From the NCBI GenBank assembly GCA_050125095.1, contig JASFEA010000076.1, positions 1 through 15,065 of the forward strand: DNA of 15,065 bases, given 5' to 3'. Within the stretch, counting starts at the first letter, position 1. Every line of letters starts with the position of its first letter. The position numbers and the translations under genes were made by a program. This document shows positions 1-7,780 of the stretch, piece by piece. A model generated the notes under the pieces. That model ran no database searches. It was not told the origin of the DNA and saw only the letters and a list, made by a program, of their open reading frames with translations. This stretch comes from a bacterium. GTDB lineage: Bacteria; Arandabacterota; Arandabacteria; Arandabacterales; JALGWA01.

Positions 1-962
1 TCGCCGCCGGCTACGCCCATCATTGCGGCGATGGCCATTGCTTCGCCCGGCTGCTGCACGGCCTTGCGGGGAACGACCAGCGCGTTGTCCCGGCCGGCGA
101 TGACTATGTCGACATTGGCGTTCATGCCGGCCTTCAGGAGGCCCTCCTCATTCTCAACCACAGTCATCACTTCGAAAGTCGTGACGTTCTGAACCACCTT
201 CGACATGGGATTGATCCTCTCGACAACGCCCCTGAAGGTTTCACTCGGATACGCGTCGGGCACCACTTCCACGCTCAGCCCCTCCCTGACCCTGCCGATG
301 TCGGTCTCGTCGACATCGGCGGTAACGAAGACCTTATTCAGGTCTGCGACTATGGCGATGGTGGTACCCCCGCTTACATTCGACACGCCCGATGAGATCA
401 CCTGCCCGACTTCCACCTGTTTCTCAAGCACGATTCCGTCTATGGGCGAACGCAGCACCGTATCGTCCAGCCTCTTCTTGACGTCCGCAACCGAGATCCT
501 CGTCGCCACCTCGTCGGCGCGCGCCCGCTCGAGCTCCAGCCTGGCGGCTTCCAGGTCCTTCTCCGACACGAGGCCCTGCTTGGCCAGCTCTTCCGCCCTG
601 TGCACTTCTTCTTCCTGCACCCTCACGTTCTGGCGCGACACGGCCAGCGCCGCCTCCTCGCGCTCCAGCTGGTTCAGGATCTCCTCGGGATCCAGGCGCG
701 CAATGACCTGGCCCTTCTTCACGGGCTCGCCGGCCTCAACCGGCAGTTCGGTCACCACGCCGCTGGCCTTGGACTTCACTTCGACTTCCACAAACGGCTG
801 CACCAGTCCCGTCGCCGAGACCTTGACCCAGAGGGGCCTGACTTCTGCCGCCGCGATGTCGTACATCAACTCCGGAGCTTCGTCGCCGCGCCCGCGCATC
901 CCTATCACGATAATGACGACCACGACTACGGCGACCGCAAGCGGGATAATGACTTTCTTCAT
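1..962 (-). CDS. Efflux membrane-fusion / periplasmic adaptor protein (MacA/HlyD-like), 3' end beyond window
   Basis: Not in the ORF track because it has no stop in the window. My translation from ATG 962 gives MKKVIIPLAVAVVVVVIIVIG (N-terminal TM), then SATGLVQPFVEVEVKSKASGVVTELPVEAGEPVKKGQVIARLD (lipoyl-like half), a coiled coil, LRSPIDGIVLEKQVEVGQVISSG, ADVDETDIGRVREG and LKAGMNANVDI. GAGGTG RBS 7 nt upstream. Confidence 0.92.
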   Translation of the reverse strand, partial: MKKVIIPLAVAVVVVVIIVIGMRGRGDEAPELMYDIAAAEVRPLWVKVSATGLVQPFVEVEVKSKASGVVTELPVEAGEPVKKGQVIARLDPEEILNQLEREEAALAVSRQNVRVQEEEVHRAEELAKQGLVSEKDLEAARLELERARADEVATRISVADVKKRLDDTVLRSPIDGIVLEKQVEVGQVISSGVSNVSGGTTIAIVADLNKVFVTADVDETDIGRVREGLSVEVVPDAYPSETFRGVVERINPMSKVVQNVTTFEVMTVVENEEGLLKAGMNANVDIVIAGRDNALVVPRKAVQQPGEAMAIAAMMGVAGG

Positions 963-965
963 TCT

Positions 966-2081
966 CTACCACCTCAGGATTGAGCCGACCCCGCCGTGCT
1001 TCTCTAGCCCGAGACCGCCTCGTACGTATTTGACTTCCGAATCATGCTCAAAGGCAAGAGTCGCGAGCCGGTCGGAGACATCTGCCGCCCCCTTTATCAC
1101 CGTATCGCAGGCGTCGCAGGCCTCGACATCGGCCTCATTGAGGTTGCCGCACATGTCGCAGTAGGCCCCGCTCACCTCGTGGCCGTCCACCAGGACCAGC
1201 GTATGGACGCGCCCGGCCATGAGGGCCTTGAGGTTGTTCTTAAAGCCCGTGATCGTGGGGTGCCCCTGCGCCGAACCGCTGAGCACGCGCCGGACGATCT
1301 CGTCCTGTTCCCGCCTCTCCGTCTCCTCCTCTATCTGCCTGGCCGCCTTCAGGATCTCGCCCGGGCCGGCCATCACGTCGACGGAGATGCTGCCGGCAAC
1401 AATCTTCTGAAGATATGAGTGCAATACGGGCACCAGCCTGGTTCTCACCTCCGGCGGGCCGCCTATGATGAGATGGCCGAATCCCTCGGCCTTGTAGTAC
1501 TGGAAGATTGCGTCCGCGACGTTCTTCAAGTGCCTGTTCACGAGGTCGTCTATGTGGCGCTGGAAGCGCGCCTGCGCCCAACCACCCTGCTTGTGCCAAC
1601 CGGGCACCACGTCGAAGAGGTCGACACCCTCGGTCATCTTGCCGAGGTACATGGTGAAGAGGCGCGCCTTCTCCTTGTCCGCCAGGACAACGCAGTACTT
1701 CCTGCTCTCATCGACCAGCTTGAGCATGGGAGAAATATACGGTACGTGGTTCACGACACATATCTCCGGGACTTCCACCGGCAGCCGGTATATCTGCCAC
1801 AGCCCCGCCTCCCGGCAGGAGAAAATGGCCAGGCCTCTCGCCCTTCCCTCGAATTCCAGCTTAATGAAGTTGAGCACCCTGCGGGCGTTCTCGCGCACGT
1901 TTTCCATTTCCGAGTCGGGCGGGTCGGCCTTGTTTATGGCCTCCCTGATGATGTCCTTGGCCTCGATCTCGAAGGCCTTTTTCCTCGCCTTGTATACACC
2001 GACTCCCATGAAAAAGCTGATGACGAAGTGGGAACCCGACTCGAAGTGAAGCAGCTCTAGAATTTGCTTGCGGTTAATCAT
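966..2081 (-). CDS. Bacterial archaeo-eukaryotic-type release factor homologue (aeRF1/pelota superfamily, baeRF10-like)
   Basis: Motifs RGLAIFS, PYISPM, VVLADKEKARLF, VPGWHKQGGWAQARFQRH, LIIGGP, GRVHTLVL, CxxC...CxxC insert and C-terminal GGVGSILRW match eRF1-like domains. ATG 2081 is preferred to the track's TTG 2093, which abuts the GGAGG RBS (2094-2098). Confidence 0.85.
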   Translation of the reverse strand: MINRKQILELLHFESGSHFVISFFMGVGVYKARKKAFEIEAKDIIREAINKADPPDSEMENVRENARRVLNFIKLEFEGRARGLAIFSCREAGLWQIYRLPVEVPEICVVNHVPYISPMLKLVDESRKYCVVLADKEKARLFTMYLGKMTEGVDLFDVVPGWHKQGGWAQARFQRHIDDLVNRHLKNVADAIFQYYKAEGFGHLIIGGPPEVRTRLVPVLHSYLQKIVAGSISVDVMAGPGEILKAARQIEEETERREQDEIVRRVLSGSAQGHPTITGFKNNLKALMAGRVHTLVLVDGHEVSGAYCDMCGNLNEADVEACDACDTVIKGAADVSDRLATLAFEHDSEVKYVRGGLGLEKHGGVGSILRW

Positions 2082-2115
2082 ACGCTCGTCCAACCTCCCT
2101 CTCTAATCGTCCCCA

Positions 2116-2778
2116 CTAAATAGAATTCGGTTCATCCCATCCTTGTTCCCCGATAAGCGGCACGAATACGCAACCCTCCAATTTCTCCGTCTCCACACCC
2201 TGTCCGCTCCTCGTGACGCGCGTGAGCGTCTGGTGGAAGGAGTTGCCAACCGGAATCACCAGTCTCCCACCCGGGGCAAGCTGCTCGACGAGCGCCTCGG
2301 GCACCCCGGGCGCGCCCGCCGTGACTATTATGGCGTCATAGGGGGCCCGGTCGGGATAGCCTCTTGAGCCGTCGCCGACTACGGCCTCTATGTTGACATA
2401 GCCGAGCTCCCTGAGGAGCCTCGCGGCCGCTTCCTGGAGATCTTGCTTCCTTTCCACGGTGACCACATGGTCTGCGATCTCCGCCAGTATCGCCGACTGA
2501 TAACCCGAGCCCGTGCCAATCTCAAGCACTTTCTCGCCGCCCCCGAGCTTCAGAGACTCCGTCATGCTTGCCACCATATAGGGCTGGGATATGGTCTGTC
2601 CCTGGCCTATGGGAAGCGGCCTGTCATCATAAGCCGCCCCCGCGTTTTCCTCGGGAACGAAAAGATGCCTCGGCACCCTGCGCATAGCAGCGAGCACGAG
2701 CGGGTCTGACACGCCGCGGGCCCGGATCTGCCGCTCCACCATGTCGAGCCGCCTGGACTCATGATTGAGCCCGCGCAT
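2116..2778 (-). CDS. pcm: Protein-L-isoaspartate(D-aspartate) O-methyltransferase
   Basis: [70 protein letters not shown] and FVPLIG. ATG 2778 follows AGGAG; the track's ATG 2805 is an alternative start. Confidence 0.96.
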   Translation of the reverse strand: MRGLNHESRRLDMVERQIRARGVSDPLVLAAMRRVPRHLFVPEENAGAAYDDRPLPIGQGQTISQPYMVASMTESLKLGGGEKVLEIGTGSGYQSAILAEIADHVVTVERKQDLQEAAARLLRELGYVNIEAVVGDGSRGYPDRAPYDAIIVTAGAPGVPEALVEQLAPGGRLVIPVGNSFHQTLTRVTRSGQGVETEKLEGCVFVPLIGEQGWDEPNSI

Positions 2779-2841
2779 CCGTACTCCTCTCTCAGGGGAT
2801 ATCATTGGCTCCCCGCCGCCCCGGGCCCTGCCCGCCCGCCG

Positions 2842-4260
2842 TCAAACCACTTCCACCTTCAGCATATTGGTCTTGCCGCTGACCCATGGCGGCATCCCCG
2901 CCGTAACCACTATGAGGTCTCCCCGCTTAAGCAAACCACTGCGCCTGCCCATGTCAATCGCCTTCGCGACTATCTTCTCGATATCGCGCGTCTCGGCCAC
3001 CTCCTCGCACAGCGTCCCGTAGGACAGGCCGAGTCTCATTCGCGTCTGCCTCACCGGCGTCACCGCGAATATGGGGACCTCCGGCCTGAACTTGGCCACC
3101 CTGAGCGCAGTGCTCCCGCTCATGGTAAAAGTCACGATCGCCCTCGCGCCGAGCTTGCCGGCCGCTTCCACCGCGAGCGCCGCGATCATCTCATCGACCT
3201 CGGGCTCGGGCTCCACGGGGCGCTTGCCCCTTATGCCGTCTTTGTGTAGAGCCCTTTCGGCGCTGCGTATGAGGGCCTCCATCATCTTGACCGCTTCCAC
3301 CGGATGGCCGCCGATGGCCGTTTCCCCGCTCAGCATCAGGGCGTCGGAGCCGTCGAAGACGGCGTTCGCCACGTCCGTGGCTTCGGCCCGCGTGGGCTCG
3401 GGATTGTGTATCATCGACTCGAGCATCTGGGTCGCCGTTATGACCGGCGTCGCCTTCCTGATGCACTTCTCGATAATGACCTTTTGCGCCACCGGCACTT
3501 CGCTTATGGAAATCTCCTTGGCGAGGTCGCCCCTGGCGACCAGCACGGCATCGGACGCCTCGATAATCGAGTCGACCGAATCCAGGCCCTGCCTGGTTTC
3601 TATCTTGGAGACTATGCCTATGCCCGTGCCCTTGAGGCGCTTCCTCAGGTTCTCGACGTCGGACGCGTCCCGCACGAATGACAGCGCAACGAGGTCGACG
3701 CCCTTATTTACCCCGAACTTGAGGTCCGCGATGTCTTTCTTGGTCAGAGTCGGGAAGCGCGCGCTCGAAGACGGGAAATTGACGCTCGTCCTGTCGTAGA
3801 TGGTCCCTCCGCGGGTGACCTTGCACTTGAGGCTGCGTCGCTCCGCGGACACCACCCTCATGGATATGCCGTAATCGCCGAAGGTGATGCGGTCGCCGCG
3901 CCGCACGCCCTCAAAAGTGTAGCGGGGATTCACCGGGATAACGTCCGGGCCTCCCGGCTCATCCGCCACGGTGACTTCCATGCCGCGCTTGAGGTCGGTC
4001 TGATGTCCGGGGAGCAGCCCGACCCTGAACCTCGGGCCCTGGAGGTCCTGGATTATGGGAATGCAACGGCCCAGCGCGCCGGCGACCGTCCGGACATCCG
4101 CTATGGCCTCGGCATGAGTCCTGTGGTCGCCGTGGGAGAAGTTGAGGCGAACTACGCCCGCGCCCGCCTTGACGGCCGCGCGGATCATCTTCCGGGAAGC
4201 CGTCGCCGGCCCCAGGGTGACTACTATTTTGGTCTTGCTGGGCAAAAGGCTTTTTGCCAA
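2842..4260 (-). CDS. pyk: Pyruvate kinase
   Basis: KTKIVVTLGPA, RLNFSHG, DLQGP, SFVR, SKIET, VARGDL, ITATQMLESM, PTRAEATDVANAVFDGSDALMLSGETA and TNMLKV. TTG start preceded by GGAG. Confidence 0.97.
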   Translation of the reverse strand: MAKSLLPSKTKIVVTLGPATASRKMIRAAVKAGAGVVRLNFSHGDHRTHAEAIADVRTVAGALGRCIPIIQDLQGPRFRVGLLPGHQTDLKRGMEVTVADEPGGPDVIPVNPRYTFEGVRRGDRITFGDYGISMRVVSAERRSLKCKVTRGGTIYDRTSVNFPSSSARFPTLTKKDIADLKFGVNKGVDLVALSFVRDASDVENLRKRLKGTGIGIVSKIETRQGLDSVDSIIEASDAVLVARGDLAKEISISEVPVAQKVIIEKCIRKATPVITATQMLESMIHNPEPTRAEATDVANAVFDGSDALMLSGETAIGGHPVEAVKMMEALIRSAERALHKDGIRGKRPVEPEPEVDEMIAALAVEAAGKLGARAIVTFTMSGSTALRVAKFRPEVPIFAVTPVRQTRMRLGLSYGTLCEEVAETRDIEKIVAKAIDMGRRSGLLKRGDLIVVTAGMPPWVSGKTNMLKVEVV

Positions 4261-4296
4261 GTCTATTTACTCCGAGCAAATGCTCCCACTACTATG

Positions 4297-4325
4297 CAAT
4301 TAGCACAGAGTAGCGCCCCTGTCAA
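4297..4325 (-). promoter_or_regulatory. Putative sigma70 promoter for pyk block
   Basis: Minus strand TTGACA (4325-4320), 17-nt spacer, TGn-extended TAATTG (4302-4297). Perfect -35, imperfect -10. Confidence 0.5.
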
Positions 4326-4345
4326 GCCCGGACAAGTAACGCAAT

Positions 4346-5749
4346 TTATTTAAGGACAACGACTTTGCCCGTCGCCGACCGGCTGTTCCCTGCCAGGCGA
4401 TAGAAGTAGATTCCCGGCGCGACGCCTTCGCCCTCGCGGGCTGCTTCCCATCTCACCGAGTGCTGTCCGGCGGGCAGCCTGCCCAGATCCGCCGAATGGA
4501 GCCGCCTCCCCTTGACATCGTAAACGTCGAAGATGATGGCCGAAGGCTCCGCCAGCTCGAGCATGAGCGTCGGAACGCCCACCGCCGGAGAGTGAAGCAC
4601 GCTGACCTCAAGCGCACGGGCATCGGCAACGACAGGCGCCACACCGGCTTCTTCAAGCATGCGGTCGAGACACATGAATCCCAGGTAATTGGTCACCCAC
4701 GACTGGTCCCTGTCGTCCCCCTCCGGGTCGGTTACCGGTATGCCGCCGTCCAGGTCGCCGTCATTGGCGACCAGCGTGTCGGCCAGGTGCTGGAAGTAAC
4801 CGAAGTACTCTGCGCTTCCGAGCTCCGCAGCCGCAGACCACTGCCCGAGAGCCGCCCAGCCGCGCCAGGCGTTCTGGTAATCGCTCGAGTCAACCTCCGT
4901 GTCCATGTAGGGAGCGTGAATCGCGACCCAGTCGTCGACTCCCGTAGGGTCGTCCTTGAAATAGGAGTGCAGGAGCCCCCACATGAGAACTCCCCCGCCC
5001 ATTGCCCACTCCTTATTGTGCAGCCTGGCCGGACTGCTTTCCACCTTGAGCTTGAGGGAATCGGCCATCTCCACGGCCTTGGTCATGTAGGTTGTGCTGC
5101 CTACGAATTCGCCGTAGTCGTAGAGGTTTCCCACTACCCAGCCCATGATCATGGGATTCAGTCTCCTGGCCATGCCCACAGGGATGGTGAGCTTCATTGG
5201 ATAGTGGCAGAGATAAGAGGCGCATGACTCGGCATACGCCTTGTACGTGGTGTCGCCGTAAACCCTTCGGAACTCCATCTCGGCCCTGAGGGCCCAGGAG
5301 CAGTTGTATCTGCGGTAGTAGCCCGAGGTCTCGCTGTCTCCGCCCTCCTCGTCATAGGCCGGGTGGTTCATGCAGTACACCCACGCGGCGTCGACGTTGT
5401 CGCGGTAGTCATCGCTGCCGGTGAGGTCGTAATAATGCGACCACATCCAGATGGACTCGCTCGTGTTGTCGGTCTGGATTATGCCCAGGAGATGCTCGCC
5501 CTCCCGCATGCCGCCGTAGGCGGCCGAGGACGTGTCGCTTACCTGCATGGTGACTATGAAATCGCAGGCCATCTCATAGCGGGTCAGGGGATCATAATCC
5601 AGCGTTGAGGGTCCCGGCGATGACGTGACTATGTGCCTTTCGGCTTCAGAAGCCGGAAGCGCCTCTGCCTCGTCGGCCGGCACGTACGGTGTGGCGAGAC
5701 AAATGGCGGGGACAAGGCCTATGAGCGCGGCAATAAGGGCATACTTCAT
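4346..5749 (-). CDS. Secreted protein with helical (possibly alpha/alpha-toroid) N-terminal region and C-terminal FlgD-Ig/T9SS type A-like sorting domain
   Basis: Signal peptide MKYALIAALIGLVPAICLA; GAGGAGG RBS; C-terminal VYDVKGRRL...GQHSVRWE...VAPGIYFYRL...TGKVVVLK. The fold of the main domain is a guess from aromatic/acidic helical patterning. Confidence 0.8.
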   Translation of the reverse strand: MKYALIAALIGLVPAICLATPYVPADEAEALPASEAERHIVTSSPGPSTLDYDPLTRYEMACDFIVTMQVSDTSSAAYGGMREGEHLLGIIQTDNTSESIWMWSHYYDLTGSDDYRDNVDAAWVYCMNHPAYDEEGGDSETSGYYRRYNCSWALRAEMEFRRVYGDTTYKAYAESCASYLCHYPMKLTIPVGMARRLNPMIMGWVVGNLYDYGEFVGSTTYMTKAVEMADSLKLKVESSPARLHNKEWAMGGGVLMWGLLHSYFKDDPTGVDDWVAIHAPYMDTEVDSSDYQNAWRGWAALGQWSAAAELGSAEYFGYFQHLADTLVANDGDLDGGIPVTDPEGDDRDQSWVTNYLGFMCLDRMLEEAGVAPVVADARALEVSVLHSPAVGVPTLMLELAEPSAIIFDVYDVKGRRLHSADLGRLPAGQHSVRWEAAREGEGVAPGIYFYRLAGNSRSATGKVVVLK

Positions 5750-5805
5750 GTTCCCGTACCTCCTCTTCGCTGACGCAGTTCATTCAAATGGCTATCCACG
5801 CTGCC

Positions 5806-5834
5806 ATTATACACCAAATAGAGGCGTAATTCAA
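5806..5834 (-). promoter_or_regulatory. Putative sigma70 promoter for 4346..5749 gene
   Basis: Minus strand TTGAAT (5834-5829), 17 nt, TATAAT (5811-5806), in an AT-rich intergenic region. Confidence 0.7.
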
Positions 5835-5892
5835 AGCAATCCGGCAGATTCCGGTGATATCACAGCACCGTCCCAATCGTGCTATTTCGACA

Positions 5893-5921
5893 TTGAAACC
5901 ACCCGTCTATTCTGCTACAAT
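5893..5921 (+). promoter_or_regulatory. Putative sigma70 promoter for the tandem paralogues
   Basis: TTGAAA (5893-5898), 17 nt, TGn-extended TACAAT (5916-5921). Confidence 0.72.
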
Positions 5922-5982
5922 AGTGCTGGCTGAGAGGTCCTTTCAAGAACCTCCATAGCCTAATGGCTTGAGGAGGTGCAAG

Positions 5983-6846
5983 ATGAGACTCACCCGTTTT
6001 CTTATTTCCTTCCTGCTGCTTCTCATGGCCACTTCGGCCGCGGCCCTTGAGACAAAGCAGTTCAAGATGAGGGATGACTTCGGAATGGAGCCCCTCTATG
6101 ACTGCCAGCTCAACTACTACTACTACACCCCATGCCCGACCTACTCGTGGTTTCACGGATTCTACAATTGGGACTACGGCGACATCCTGGGTAGCTGGTT
6201 TCAGGTGGGAGATCTTTCGATGTCCACCGGCCAGGCCTGCGACCCGGTCCAGTGCCACGTCCTGGAGCAGTTCCGCGTTCTCGACTTCGCCGGATATGGC
6301 GTAGTTCACGGCGGGTATTTCACGATTGAGTTCGACGTTTACTGCTGCGATGAGCAGGGGTGCCCGATCGGGCCCTCCCTCTGGAACAGCGGTCCGTGGG
6401 AAACAGGCTACGCCTGGAACTACATACCCGTGGACCCTCCCATAAGCATCTGTGGCTGTTCAGTGAATCGGGGGAGCCCTCCGTCGGCCCCACGCATCCT
6501 GGTTACCGCTACCCATATCGGATCGGAATGCACCTATCCGCAATGGGGCCTGGACAATATAAGCACGCACGTGGAGCAAGGCTGCGAGTTCCACGAGTAC
6601 TCCTGCCTGCCGTCCATCTACCCGAGACCCTACAACTCATACTACTCCACGATGCACTCGGGATACTACGGCCGGGACTTCCAGTACTGCCCGCCCCTGT
6701 GGTTTAAGGATGGTCGGGACACGACGCCCGATGGCACGCTCTATGGCTACATCGAACTGGCCTGGCGAATCTATCTGATATGCAGCGGCCCGACCAGCGT
6801 CGAGCCCACGACCTGGGGCAATATAAAGAGCATTTATAGAAAATGA
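5983..6846 (+). CDS. Secreted Cys/Tyr-rich hypothetical protein, paralogue 1 (287 aa), C-terminal TWGNIK motif
   Basis: AGGAGG at 5971-5976 then ATG 5983; signal peptide MRLTRFLISFLLLLMATSAAA; 14 Cys; aligns without gaps to the next gene, with many synonymous differences that support coding. Confidence 0.9.
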   Translation: MRLTRFLISFLLLLMATSAAALETKQFKMRDDFGMEPLYDCQLNYYYYTPCPTYSWFHGFYNWDYGDILGSWFQVGDLSMSTGQACDPVQCHVLEQFRVLDFAGYGVVHGGYFTIEFDVYCCDEQGCPIGPSLWNSGPWETGYAWNYIPVDPPISICGCSVNRGSPPSAPRILVTATHIGSECTYPQWGLDNISTHVEQGCEFHEYSCLPSIYPRPYNSYYSTMHSGYYGRDFQYCPPLWFKDGRDTTPDGTLYGYIELAWRIYLICSGPTSVEPTTWGNIKSIYRK

Positions 6847-6875
6847 GATTGGCACGTTTCAGGAGGGTATCGATC

Positions 6876-7736
6876 ATGAATCGGCTAGTATTCGTCACAC
6901 TGCTGATAGTCCTATTCTCAGCGGCGAACGCCTGCGCGCTTGGGGCGGACGCATTCCGGATAAGAGAGGACTTCGGCACCGAGCCCCTTTACGACTGTTA
7001 CCTGCACTACTACTACTACACCCCATGCCCGACCTATTCCTGGTTCTGGGGCTTCTACGGCTGGGACCGTGGCGACATGGTGGGTGCTTTCTTCGAAGTC
7101 GGCGATCTTTCCATGTTCACCGGCCAGGCCTGCGACCCGGTCCAGTGCCATACCCTGGAGCAATTTCGCATACTTGACTTCGCTGGATACGGAACCGTGC
7201 GGCCAGGCCTATTCACCGTCGAATTCAGCATATATTGCTGTGACGAGTACGGTTGTCCTATAGGCCCCGCCCTCTGGAACTCGGGCCCGTGGGAGACAGG
7301 CTACGCCTGGAGCTACATCCCGGTATACCCGCCCCTCTGTCTTACAGGCTGCTCCGTAGACCCCGGGAGCCCCCCGTCGGGACCACGCGTTCTCATAACG
7401 GCCGTCCACACCGGCGATTGTCACGTATACCCGCAATGGGGCACAGACAATATCAGCACTCACGTCGAGACAGGCTGCGAGTTCCACGAGTACTCCTGCC
7501 TGCCGTCCATATACCCGAGGCCTTACGACTCCTACTATGCCACTATTCACTCGGGTTTCTATGGCCAGGGCTTCCAGTACTGCCCGCCCCTGTGGTTTGC
7601 GGACGAGCGAGACACAACTCCCGACGCAACCCTCTATGGCTACGTCGAGCTCTGCTGGCGGATATACCTCCTCTGCGACGGCCCGACGCAGGTAGAGCCC
7701 ACCAGCTGGGGCAATATAAAGAGCATGTATCGCTGA
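6876..7736 (+). CDS. Secreted Cys/Tyr-rich hypothetical protein, paralogue 2 (286 aa), C-terminal SWGNIK motif
   Basis: AGGAGG at 6861-6866 then ATG 6876; signal peptide MNRLVFVTLLIVLFSAANACA; 15 Cys in the mature part; constant 893-nt offset from paralogue 1. Confidence 0.9.
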   Translation: MNRLVFVTLLIVLFSAANACALGADAFRIREDFGTEPLYDCYLHYYYYTPCPTYSWFWGFYGWDRGDMVGAFFEVGDLSMFTGQACDPVQCHTLEQFRILDFAGYGTVRPGLFTVEFSIYCCDEYGCPIGPALWNSGPWETGYAWSYIPVYPPLCLTGCSVDPGSPPSGPRVLITAVHTGDCHVYPQWGTDNISTHVETGCEFHEYSCLPSIYPRPYDSYYATIHSGFYGQGFQYCPPLWFADERDTTPDATLYGYVELCWRIYLLCDGPTQVEPTSWGNIKSMYR

Positions 7737-7780
7737 AAGCACCTGCCGCTGAGTGCATGCACACCTGAGAGCATACATCG

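Larger units (their letters stand above)
5983..7736 (+). repeat. Diverged tandem gene duplication, 893-nt period
   Basis: Identical tracts 6113-6143/7006-7036, 6225-6257/7118-7150, 6579-6617/7472-7510, 6678-6705/7571-7598 and 6813-6833/7706-7726. Confidence 0.92.

Noticed and set aside
960-968. Amber read-through fusing the release-factor homologue to the in-frame efflux adaptor (TAG AGA ATG)
   Set aside because: In-frame adjacency is a 1-in-3 chance, the upstream protein ends at its normal family terminus (ILRW), and the adaptor has its own RBS and N-terminal TM.
205-1164. 319-aa plus-strand ORF, plus other long antisense ORFs (9212..10441, 13464..14273, 8817..9605, 4460..5227, 3071..3799)
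   Set aside because: Shadow ORFs opposite well-supported genes in high-GC DNA, with Ser/Arg/Pro-biased translations and no recognisable motifs.
6113-6126. (TAC)n microsatellite as a phase-variation tract
   Set aside because: Only four in-frame Tyr codons, with the same length in both paralogues.
5983-7736. Diversity-generating retroelement (TR/VR pair) explaining the repeats
   Set aside because: Differences involve all four bases rather than adenines only, both copies are full genes with RBS and signal peptide, and no reverse transcriptase is in the window.
7737-7780. Terminator between convergent paralogue 2 and the DMT gene (palindrome GTGCATGCAC, 7753-7762)
   Set aside because: Too short, with no loop and no U-tract on either strand.
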